Assembly: GCA_032718475.1 (NCBI GenBank)
Contig: JAUCBJ010003327.1
Coordinates: forward strand, 1 to 36,358
From: Nemertoderma westbladi
Lineage: Eukaryota; Animalia; Xenacoelomorpha
DNA: 36,358 nt
Reading direction: 5' to 3'
The translations under genes were made by a program, and so were the position numbers. Below are positions 25,918 through 36,358 of this stretch, piece after piece. Within the stretch, counting starts at the first letter, position 1. The number at the start of each line of letters is the position of its first letter. The notes beneath the pieces were generated by a model that searched no databases, was not told the DNA's origin, and worked only from the letters and a program-made list of their open reading frames with translations.

Positions 25918-26167
25918 CTTCCGTTTTGTGTTGCAGAATATAACGGCCTGGGTTATCGTCAGCGTGTCGTACAGGTCGCACAGAGTATCGAACTTCCATT
26001 CCTCTTTCTCCACGGCCACAAAGAATTGTTTTATCCCTTCCAGAGTCAATTCGTCGCGTTTTACTAGAATCCTAACCGGGTCCGTCATAAACTTGTGGGT
26101 CATTTCGAGAATCTCGTGGGGGAGAGTGGCGGATACCAGTACGATCTGTGTCCCTGGTGGGAGGTAC
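25918..26167 (-). CDS. EIF4A3: eIF4A3 coding exon 2
   Basis: CCCCTAG|GTACCTC acceptor (phase 2) and AAG|GTAAAC donor; [16 protein letters not shown]...[11 protein letters not shown] (SAT motif). Confidence 0.95.
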
Positions 26168-26952
26168 CTAGGGGAACCAATCAAATCAGTTGGTTAAGGG
26201 AACCTGGAGGGAGGGAGGTATCTAGGGGAACCAATCAAATCAGTTGGTTAAGGGAACCTGGAGGGAGGGAGGTACCTAGGGGAACCAATCAAATCAGTTG
26301 GTTAAGGGAACCTGGAGGGAGGGAGGTACCTAGGGAAACCAATCAAATCAGTTGGTTAAGTGAACCTGGAGGGAGGGAGGTACCTAGGGGAACCAATCAA
26401 ATAAGTTGGTTAAGGGAACCTGGAGGGAGGGAGGTACCTAGGGGAACCAATCAAATCAGTTGGTTAAGGGAACCTGGAGGGAGGGAGGTACCTAGGGGAA
26501 CCAATCAAATCAGTTGCTTAAGGGAACCCGGAGGGAGGGAGGTATCTAGGGGAACCAATCAAATCAGTTGGTTAAGGGAACCTGGAGGGAGGGAGGTACC
26601 AAGGGGAACCAATCAAATCAGTTGGTTAAGGGAACCTGGAGGGAGGGAGGTACCTAGGGGAACCAATCAAATCAGTTGGTTAAGGGAACCTGGAGGGGGG
26701 GAGGTAGCTAGGGGAACCAATCAAATCAGTTGCTTAAGGGAACTCGGAGGGAGGGAGGTACCTAGGGGAACCAATCAAATCAGTTGGTTAAGGGAACCTG
26801 GAGGGAGGGAGGTACCTAGGGGAACCAATCAAATCAGTTGGTTAAAGGAACCTGGAGGGAGGGAGGGAGGTACCTAGGGGAACCAATCAAATCAGTTGGT
26901 TAAGGGAACCTGGAGGGAGGGAGGTAGGCCTACCTAGGGAGGAGAACCAATC
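26158..26952 (-). repeat. 54-bp minisatellite (~14-15 units) made of the intron 1 3' splice site and the exon 2 start
   Basis: Minus-strand unit GTACCTCCCTCCCTCCAG GTTCCCTTAACCAACTGATTTGATTGGTTCCCCTAG; the last unit supplies the true acceptor. Confidence 0.95.
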
Positions 26953-27428
26953 ATATTAAATTGTAATTGAAAATTATAATTTTTATTCTTAAATTGTTAC
27001 TCTTTCGAAAAAGGCGAAAAAGTAAATAAAATATTTTTGGTGGAACTTCTTTACTCTTATTACATGTATTGAAAGAGTACCGAAGTAGAAAAGGTTTGCA
27101 AGTAATTTGAGCAAAATCCACTCACACTCAAAAGTTATTGCAACTTTAGTGTTTGCCAGGCGGAGAAAATCTTTCTTAAATTTTGTTAAAATTTAAAATA
27201 TTTTTATGTCCCTAATGGGACGCTGACGCCATTCCGGCACTACGCGTTAAGTAATAAGTACAAGTTCATTGTAATTTATTCATCAGACTTGCAAAAACTT
27301 TTTGAGAAGTTATATCGTGAACAGCTCAGCGACTACGAAAACTTCTAATACCGTTTTTAGGTTTAACGGCTCGGTAGGACTACAACGGTACCGGTAGTCC
27401 GGTAGTTAAACAAAAATTAAGAAACCCA

Positions 27429-27478
27429 GCCGGGTTCATTGTGTCAAGTACAATGAATACATCTCCTAACAGATACTA
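27429..27478 (+). mobile_element. Tiny LINE fragment in eIF4A3 intron 1
   Basis: CCGGGTTCATTGTGTCAAGTACAATG... matches the reverse complement of ~23478-23527. Confidence 0.7.
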
Positions 27479-28072
27479 ACAGGAACTGAACGCAAATCCC
27501 ATCTTGGCGAATTAATATCCCGCCTCCATGCTAAATTTTCAATTTATAGGGGAAGGGGCAGGAGCAGGTTACAGTGGCACGTTATTCTAACCAAAACAAT
27601 AAACTAAACACAATAGAACAGGTCTGCAGGTTACAGTTTTATTTTTGATGGTAATCAGCTGTTATTTGCGTCGAATTTCCCCTGGAGAGGGATTAATTTG
27701 TATTGCGTTGAAAGTCCCCCCTATCTGCAGTCAATACTGCGAATTAATATTAATACTATGTTGAACTACAATAACTAAGTAATACTTTATCAATTAAATA
27801 TTATTGTATATGTTATGGAGTACATTATATGGCCTACACACTTTACACTTATACAGTAAACGGTTCTTAAAAATGATAAAGTTCTTTAGGCCAACCCAAC
27901 CCGGATCTCAGCGAATAATGAATTTCAACTAAATGCCATAATGCCTTTGGGGAACTGTTATACAGCACGCGGTGACAAGTTGCAAGCCATAAATCTAGAG
28001 TTACATAACCAAAACTGACACAGACAGATCAAACGCATGTACCTTCGCAACGAACAATCGTGCACAACCTAC

Positions 28073-28668
28073 CTGTATATATCGTAGATCTGCTCCTTAA
28101 ACCCCCGGTTTAACATCTCGTCCGACTCATCCAACACCAACATCTTTATACTCCGAGTGTTTAAATGTTTCCTCCGAATCATATCGAACACGCGTCCGGG
28201 CGTCCCGGACACAACGTGCTGCCCGAACTCCAATTTCCGTATATCCTCCCCTACGTTGGTACCTCCGATACACGCGTGGCACTGCACGTTCATAAAGTCC
28301 CCCAAGGCCAACACGACCTTCTGTATCTGTAGGGCTAGCTCCCGAGTCGGGGAGAGAATGAGTCCCTGGGTGTCCAGCAACTGGGTGTCGATGCTCTGCA
28401 GCAGGGCGATCGAGAAGGTTGCTGTCTTCCCGGTGCCGCTCTGGGCTTGCGCTATGACGTCACGGCCGCGCACTACGGGACGAATAGCGCGTTGTTGTAT
28501 CGCGGAGGGGCGCTCGAATCCGTAGGCGTAAACCCCGCGCAGGAGGTCTTCGCGTAGTCCCAATCGTTCGAACGTTTCTACAACATCGACGTCTTCGCTG
28601 GTATCGAACTCGATCTTTTGCAGTTGGTCCGCCGTTAGGATCTTACGGGGTCGGGTTGCAGCGTCCAT
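28073..28668 (-). CDS. EIF4A3: eIF4A3 (eukaryotic initiation factor 4A-III, EJC DEAD-box RNA helicase) coding exon 1; spliced CDS 1215 nt, 404 aa
   Basis: Q motif [36 protein letters not shown]; N-terminal [10 protein letters not shown] is eIF4A3-like; donor TACAG|GTAGGT. Exon lengths 596+250+369 keep the frame. Confidence 0.95.
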
Positions 28669-30094
28669 TGTATCGCCAGTAACCGAAACCGGTAGGTTAT
28701 AGAGTTATGTACTGATGTATGGCAGTTGGCAGTACAGAAGTAGGCCTACTGCAGTTGTGCAGTACAGGCTGACAGGTGTGCAGGTCAGCCAGTTGTAAAA
28801 AGTTCATAAGTTAGAGTTTAGTGCTTTGGTTAGAATATGGAATAGCACAAATACACAAAACAATGTATGTATTTATGTAGGTAGGCTTACCGCTTACTGT
28901 CCAACATAACATATAGGTTAACTAACCACTAAAGCTTTACAGCTTTATTTCCAAGGGGGCCCTTTAAATTTAAATATCATTATTATCCAATTGGATAAAA
29001 ATACTGCCTTCCACCTTCTTACCGCCCCACCTTTTTCGATTACTATACTGTATAGGCCTACTGGTATATGTACACTGTAACAGTGTAAGGAACAGGGTTA
29101 TTTAAACAATTACAGGGAAGGGATGGCGTCACACTAACTCCCAAGGTCCAATACTCTACAACTGCTATCCAACATTTTTTAACTCCTCCAGCAAATACCA
29201 GGTTCCCATTACAGATGCGCGGGCTGAAACTAGTAACTAGTTCCTTATGTGCAATTATCTAATCCTAATCACTTTAACACCTAGAGGCAGATTGGGTGGG
29301 TAAGTGCAGTCGATATAAGACCTCATAAAAATATGAGGTCTTTAGTGCCAGGTATCAATCAGGAAGAAAGGATTATAAACAATAATACGAAATTACTCTA
29401 TAATACTGTAGTTAATATACGTAATGTACGGTAATACGTTATTTAAATTTTAAATTATAAACAGAATAAACAGTGATAATTTCATGTCACCATACTTCCT
29501 CTGACTCTGAAGTTTTTGCGGAGGTATTGTAGATATCATTGTGTTTTAAGTAAGTATTTTAAATTTGATTGATCCGTGGTTACTGTATCATTGATTCACT
29601 ATTCTGTTTATCTGCCTGTCTGTTTGTACAGCTATAGAAATCGACACGTTGCAACTTTGCTCGACGTTTTTTTGTATTTCGGAACCGGCACCCCTCCGGA
29701 CGTTGCAACATAATTTTCCAGAAATTTAACTGCATTCTGTTCTTTTTAAGGCCATTTTCAAAATGTAAAAGCATAAAAATTCATTCAACTGACCCGCCAC
29801 CTAACATACAGTAGCAGCAGTGAGTAACCTTGTAGATCTTCCCATAGGATTCACTGGGAAGAGCTATCAGCTGACGGAGTAATACATTACAAACTCACAG
29901 TTAATTGTTTGCTTATTGGCTGGGATAAAGTGAGTGAGTAAACACAACCTTGCTAAAACTTGGCAAGTAAAATACTTCTCTGCAGTGTGGGCCTACCCAC
30001 TCAGTAGCGTAATTGGCCATCTTTATTCATTTTGCATTAGCACCAGCTGGCGTTCTCATCATTGCGTCTAATGGGGGTAATATTAGTTTTAAGT

Positions 30095-30560
30095 CTATTT
30101 TTCAATCCGTTTAGGCTGAAACCAGGCAATTATCTAACATAGCATATGTTGCATCTTACGGAGTTGCAGAGTAGTCTACAGTTCCCCAGTCTAACGCTAG
30201 ATGGCTAAATCGTTGGAGATGGTAACTTGCAGACATTTAGGCTAAATGTCTGCAAGTTACCATCTCCAACTTTGTTATTTGCAATCCGTTAAGGTTGAAA
30301 CTTGGCAGTTATCTAATATAACATACGTTCCATCTTTAAGGTGATGCAGAGCTGTCTACATTTCTCCAGTCTACCGCTGGATGGCGAATCTCTGAAAGTG
30401 ACCACTTTATCCAAATTGTTATTTTCAATCCTCTTAGGTTTAAAACTTGATAGGTATCTACTACAGGCATAGGCTGTATCTTTACGGAGTCGCAGAGTCC
30501 TATGCGTTCCCCAGTCTACCGCTAGAGGGCTAAATTTCTGAAAGTGACCTCGTCCTGCAA
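30095..30560. repeat. Degenerate ~144-bp tandem repeat (3 copies) with an embedded perfect palindrome
   Basis: ATTTTCAATCC...CCAGTCTACCGCTAG recurs at ~30097, 30277 and 30421. Confidence 0.8.
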
Positions 30561-31404
30561 CTTTCTTATGTTCTGTTACTGTTCTGTATGCATTTCTCCA
30601 ATCTGCCACACATTTCTTCACATATTCACTTACCATCTGAACATGCACTAGAAAGCTACAGTACTACTACTTTATAATTGTTAATAATATTTCCCTGCCA
30701 TTGATGCCAAAAATGAAGTTACATTTGGCCCCAGAATTTAAAATAAAACTTGGCAAACAAATGTTCAACTATAAGATATTTTCTAGTATCCGTGTTTACT
30801 GTTTATATAGATATTTGTTGAATTTTGATTAATATATTTTGTTATAACATGTAAAATTAAAACATTTATATTGAATTTGTGAAACATGTGATGGGTCTAC
30901 TGCTGTACTGACTACCCAAATTTAACAATGGCATCCATACACCCAGAATTCTTTAATTCAATCTCGTAATATTTGCGTGGTTAGTTAGAAAGATTTTTAA
31001 CTGCAAAGCATTAATTTTTGTATGTTAGTACTAGAACACCATCGAGATGGCTTTAAACGAACCTGTCTTAAACAGACTCCGGATTGGAAGAAGCAAACCA
31101 AGAATGAGTTGCATCAACCAAAAAACTGCATCCCATTTAATGTAATATAACATTCGCCTAGACAAACAAATCATAAACACAATTATATGAACAGTGTATT
31201 AAGTACTATTGTGCACTGTACTCTCATCTAATAATAATTGTTTTATTTAGAATAGATAACAGACACCCCTACCCTACAATTGCAAACACAGACACGTCAA
31301 ATCTTTTTAATTAAAAAGATGCTTTTTCCATGTTTTCTTTCTGACAAAAAATTTTTTTTGTAAAACTGTACTGCCAATCGGTTCCTTATCAAAAGTAACG
31401 CAAC

Positions 31405-31548
31405 AATCGAACACAGTCGAAAATTAAAAGAGCACAACAAAATAACACCGGGTACTAACTTTTAGATAAAATTAGCCACGCGTTGCTTTTCTATAAGAAA
31501 ATTCCCGAAAATATTTAATAAAATTGTCGCGAAATTAAATATTCATTT
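31405..31548 (+). repeat. Inverted repeat arm (left), partner of 34401-34545
   Basis: TCGAACACAGTCGAAAAT...AGCCACGCGTTGCTTTTCTATAAGAAAA...TGTCGCGAAATTAAATATTCATTT. Confidence 0.85.
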
Positions 31549-31696
31549 ATTTTCACATCAGGCCTACCCTAAGCCGACAACTAATAATTTAACATAGTAG
31601 TAGGCCGAAGTTACGTGTGGTTACCACCGGGACAGAGATCCCTACCGCGGTACCTGCCAGGGTAGGTACCTAACCGGGACCCAGCTCTTTATATTC

Positions 31697-34288
31697 CAGC
31701 AATGGTGGAATTGGTCTTTTGATGAATCCAACTGCACATGCAGCATTGGACAAAATAGACCAAATCTCTAACCGCATCATCCGTTGCCACTTCTCATGTT
31801 CTGGAAGACTGGCTAAGAAGTTTCCTAAGGTGGTTCTCATTGTTTGCTACTCTCCAACTAGTGTTGCCCTGTAGAGGAGGTGGAAAATTTCTTCCAGAAT
31901 CTACAAGCAGCTACTGATGGAGTGGATCAGCATGCATTCTTAACATTCCTGAGAGACTTTAATGCAAGTCTGCATCAATCACCTACATCACCCTGGGTCT
32001 ATAGCAATAGAGTTAACCGAAATTCCGTCTATCTTCTGGATTTTATCTCTGGAAATGGATTGTTTTCGGCTGGAACCCAGTTCAAGAAGCGAACTGGTAA
32101 GCTATGGACTCATAGTGGACCCAGTGGTCACAAGTCCCAGATAGACCATATCCTGTTTCGTAGGAAATACAGGAGCTCTATACAAGACTGTAATGCATTT
32201 ACACTACGACCCTTCTCCAGTGATCACCGCCTTATTGTGGCCAAGGTAAGACTTAGTCTGCGTGCTAGCAGAACAACGAAATCTGCCTTGCCGCGGCATG
32301 ACTAGTCCTCTCTGTTGCAACAGCCAAGTGTAAGATCCAGCTTCACACTACAGCTGAGCAACAGGTATGAGGCTCTTGCCTCTGAGGCGGCAGATCGCTG
32401 TGAGGGCTATACTGCCTTCACAGAGGCAGTTAAGTTAGCAGCTGCAGAAACAGTTCCTGTATATCCTCCAAACAGGAAACGGACCCCCTGGACTGACAAC
32501 AAAATTCAGAAGTGCCGAAATGACCTCTACAAGGCGCAGAAAGAGTCCCGACTCAAACAGACTACAGCGGCCAAGAATGCAGTTAAGGCTGCATCTAGGT
32601 CCCTGAACAGGCCTTTACTCTGTTAATTTACAGGAGCTAATAAACCAACAGGTTGATGCCATCAATGATGCTGACGACAGCAGGCAACCATCCCAGGCAT
32701 GGAGATCGATCAACTTGCTTGCTGGTCGAAAAAGCCAACTGTCATAAATTATACTTAGGCCATAGCTAATATCCAATATAAGATACAAGTATATTAGCTT
32801 GCCAATATTGTAAACTGTTGAAAGAAGTTGAAACATATGTTATTCTTGGAGGTTTGCCGGCAGTATTGTAAAGTAAATATATATAGGTTATTCAATTTAG
32901 ATAAAAATAATTATTAAAGTTTATTAGAAGTTTGTAGCTATCATTTTCCTTTCAATTTATCCACAATTCACTATACCAACCAACCACCAAGGTTCAGGCT
33001 GAATCACCAGCCGATCGCCTCAATGGTTGGAAGGCCCACTTTGAAAAGCTCCTCAATAATGACAGGGTATTGCCTGATAACCTTATAGAAGTAGAAGTGT
33101 CTGAGTCTGTACTCCAAGATATTCCCATTGGTGATATCTCCTTCGCAGAAGTGAAGGCTGCTGCAAAGAGCATTAAGACCAATCGTGTCAGTGGAGTAGA
33201 TGGTGTTCCCCCTGAGGTCTTTAAAATACCTGAGTGTTCAAAGCTCATCTATCCCATCATAGTAGATATGTACCGTACAACAAGAGTCCCACAAGAAATG
33301 AAAACAATTATAGTTGGTGCCAGTTCCCAAGAAGGGCAACCTAACACTCTATGGTTCTTTTCGGGGAATCTCATTGATCTCGATTGCTGCAAAGCTATAC
33401 AATAGAATTCTATTAAATCGCATCAGGGATCCCATTGAGAAACTGCTCCGTGGATATCAGAATGGGTTCCGTAAAGGTCGTGGGACCATGGAGCCCATTT
33501 TGGCACAGGATAATTGAAGAGTTATCAAAAAAGAAAGACAGGCATCTGGCTGTTATCTTTGTTGACTTCTTCAAGGCCTTTGATTCAGTCTCTCGCTCAC
33601 GTATGTTCAGCATACTTTCATTATATGGGATTCCTGATGAAATTATTGCAGCAATCAGATCAGTATACGATGGTTCGACAAAATTTGTGTCTACTGTTGA
33701 CGGTGAAACAGCACCATTTGATGTGTTATGGGGCGTCCTCCAGGGAGACACACTTGCACCATTCTTGTTCATAATTGTTGTTGACTATGTTCTACGCATG
33801 TCCTTAGATCATCATAATGATGATGGGGTGATGATAGCTCCACCTACCTGGCTCCAGAAGTCGAGGAAATCCTGCCAAGTACTAACTGATCTAGACTTTG
33901 CTGATGACTTAGGAGTACTCTTAGAATCACTAGAGGGAGCCCAACGGCTCCTCAGCTCATTAGAACATGCTGCTTCTAGTGTTGGTCTTTTTATTAACTC
34001 CAGAAAGACCATAATTTTTACAGCTAACTTTGAAAGTCCTCAGCAAGTCTCTGATCGGATGAGCATAAGCTCAAAAGATGGTATGCTTGAGCATGTGGAT
34101 GACTTCTGTTACCTTGGATCATGGATCCGGAAGTCAGGTGAGGAGCTTCGAATACGTAAGGGAAAGACATGGGGAGCCTTGAATAGGCTTTCCAGGATTT
34201 GGAAGTCACCGAGAATTAATCGGAAACTTAAGGTCCGGTTATTTAGAGCAGCAGTAGTTCCAGTACTCCTCTATGGGAGTCCATGCTG
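31697..34288 (+). mobile_element. RTE-clade LINE relic with APE endonuclease and reverse transcriptase; frameshifts, 3' truncated
   Basis: GGIGLL, DFNA, QIDHIL and SDHRL (APE); PKKGNL, FVDFFKAFDSV, GVLQGDTLAPFLF, FADD and YLGS (RT). Confidence 0.95.
32740..32975 (+). mobile_element. Probable solo LTR (236 bp) inserted in the LINE
   Basis: Starts TGTCATA; 5-bp TSD CCAAC (32735-39 and 32976-80); internal TATA-like tract (~32876-86) and ATTAAA; removal restores GRKSQPTTKVQAESP in frame. It ends in TA rather than the canonical CA. Confidence 0.65.
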
Positions 34289-34400
34289 TCCCACTTTCCT
34301 ACTATTACTATATGTGCCAGTACGGTACCCGGTAGGCTCCCCTACATAGTTTGTTATACAGTACAGCAGTACACAACAAATGATAGGCCTACCTGATAAG

Positions 34401-34545
34401 AAATGAATATTTAATTTCGCGACAATTTTATTCAATAATTTCGGGTATTTTCTTATAGAAAAGCAACGCGTGGCTAATGTTATCTAAAAGTTTGTACCCG
34501 GTGTTATTTTTTTGTGCTCTTTCTATTTTCGACTGTGTTCGAATG
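34401..34545 (-). repeat. Inverted repeat arm (right), partner of 31405-31548
   Basis: Reverse complement of 31405-31548 with scattered mismatches. Confidence 0.85.
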
Positions 34546-35364
34546 TGTTCGGCAGTTTTTGGAGCGTGTTCGGGTGTGTTCGCTTGTGTTCTGTAAAAAG
34601 AAAAAAAGGGGGGGGGGGGGGGGGGGGTTTTCGTTCCGCCATAACTCCGGAACGCTTTGTCCAAATTCGATGAGGTTTTTATTTTTCAACTTAATTCGAT
34701 GTCCTCTTTCAGCCTATCCATCTTTCGAAACCCCAAACAGCGCCGTTCAAAAATTAATTTTTTCTAGTTCTAGAATTTTACAAATTTCAAAAAAGTTGCA
34801 GTATTTTATTAACGCCTTTACGGAATTCGATAGCGTTTTCGATTTTTATATTAAACGCAATATCCTGAATCTCACTAGCCTAGTTTTGCGTCACCAATGC
34901 CAAGATTTCATACTTTTTGAGTAAATCTTTTTAGAATAATTTGTATTTAATTACATTCATAAGGATTTCTTATTACTAATTATTACTATTATTAATTAAT
35001 GGAGTTTTCAATTTATTAACTAAACTCGTTATCGCGCATCGGACCAGCATGATTTCGAAATTACAAAACGAGGTCTTCACTTTTGCAGGTTGATTTTGTT
35101 CTAGAATTTAGCAACTAATAATAGATCGAATAATAATTATTGTATGAAATATGATTGTATTTTTACATAATTAGTTCTATACATCGAAGCATAAAATATA
35201 AAACTGTAAAATTAATGTTTAATACGCCAATTCGTAACCAGGCATTCTGATTTGTAACCGCGTACATCAATTTGTTAAAACTATCAGATTTGCAACTATA
35301 AACTTTGATTTGTTACCAGGAACTCAATTTCGTAACCGCTACCACTTATATGTTTCTACAAGTA

Positions 35365-36208
35365 ATGAAATTATTTATATTAATAATTTTAATTGATACT
35401 ATTCTGGGGTTTACATTTAATGGATATAAACTAGTGGAACCAGATGGATCTAAATTTACTAGAGAATGTTTATGGAAAGAAGAAAGAAGTAGTATTAGAG
35501 TACAAGTTGATTTTATTATTAATGAACAAAGTGAATTAACTATTACCGATGTATTGGGATCAAAAGTTAAAACAAAGGATGGTAAAGGTAACGACATAGA
35601 AGTGCGGAATGAAGTCAACGCCGATAGAGATGATTGCTACAATAATAATAAAAAAATCAATAATTGTGATGGATGGAATACAACAGAGTATATAAGTAGC
35701 AACACAGCCGGATCTACAGGAAATATAACTGTTGGGTTGAATCCTCCTGTTATTGAATCTATACCGGAGGTATTTGAGATAAGAATACGATATTTTGTTA
35801 CTTCATATTTTGATGAGGCGGTAAATCTCCAAAACAACTCAGCCTTCTCCAATCAGACCGCTTACCCACTTATAATAACTCTTCCACCACAATGTAAAGC
35901 TGATAGTGATCCAGAGTGTAGCTGCGATGTACCGAGTTGTACTTATATAGAAGACAGTTCAGCTATATTAAACTGTAAGTTATCGGATTGGGTACCGGTA
36001 CCGGTAGCTGGAAGTACATCAGGAGATTCTAGATGGAGTTGGTATAGTAACGGAGCTGCTATTGGTAGATTCGTAACTGAACCAGGAGATACACTGAGTA
36101 TAAATAGATATCTAAGTCGTGGAGATAATGGGGAAGTGTTTATATGTAAGGCGAGGAATAGAGCTATAGAAGAGGATAAATCCTGTACCACTACGATCGT
36201 AGTTCAAT
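35365..36208 (+). CDS. First coding exon of a secreted or cell-surface immunoglobulin-superfamily protein (continues beyond the window)
   Basis: Signal peptide MKLFILIILIDTILG; Ig-like AILNCKL...WSWYSNG...LSI...DNGEVFIC; phase-1 donor CAAT|GTAAGT at 36209, at the domain end. Confidence 0.75.
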
Positions 36209-36358
36209 GTAAGTTTGAGATATCAATCCTACACCTTAAATACGTAACGGCCCATTCCAGGTAGAAAGAACATCGTAAGTTGATTATTACGGTTTCGATA
36301 ATTGATTAAAACAAATGAAAAATAAAGTCTCGGTGTTTTGCCTTTATTTTCGAAGCGT

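Noticed and set aside
26095-26877. 260-aa plus-strand repeat ORF ([18 protein letters not shown])n
   Set aside because: Antisense translation of the intronic 54-bp minisatellite; no independent coding evidence.
29120-29230. Possible SINE core fragment (CCAGGTTCCCATT)
   Set aside because: Too short and degenerate to call without a library search.
30313-30648. 111-aa ORF suggesting a 48-aa repeat protein
   Set aside because: Repeat units fall in different frames and contain stops; the motifs look like TE-internal sequence.

Overview
AT-rich eukaryotic genomic DNA, most likely from an invertebrate animal (species not determinable from the sequence), dominated by decayed transposons and TE-borne tandem repeats. 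Two host genes are supported. One is an intact 3-exon eIF4A3 (EJC DEAD-box helicase, about 404 aa, minus strand, 28668->25260). The other is the first coding exon of a signal-peptide/Ig-domain protein (35365-36208+). Mobile elements include a piggyBac-like non-autonomous element, three pieces of a CACTG-ended TA-TSD element, MITEs, a foldback element with satellite arms, a Merlin/ISXO2 transposase relic, several RTE-like LINE relics, a probable solo LTR and two copies of a short element containing a tRNA-like segment. The most striking observation is that the 3' splice site of eIF4A3 intron 1 is tandemly amplified about 14-15 times as a 54-bp unit full of AG|GT junctions. Upstream acceptors would lead to a premature stop, in-frame microexons or recursive re-splicing, in the gene whose product suppresses re-splicing and marks mRNA for NMD. 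A second observation is a recurrent GTAC->GTAGGCCTAC micro-insertion, probably a transposon excision footprint. All coordinates were counted by hand, and TE family calls were made without database searches.
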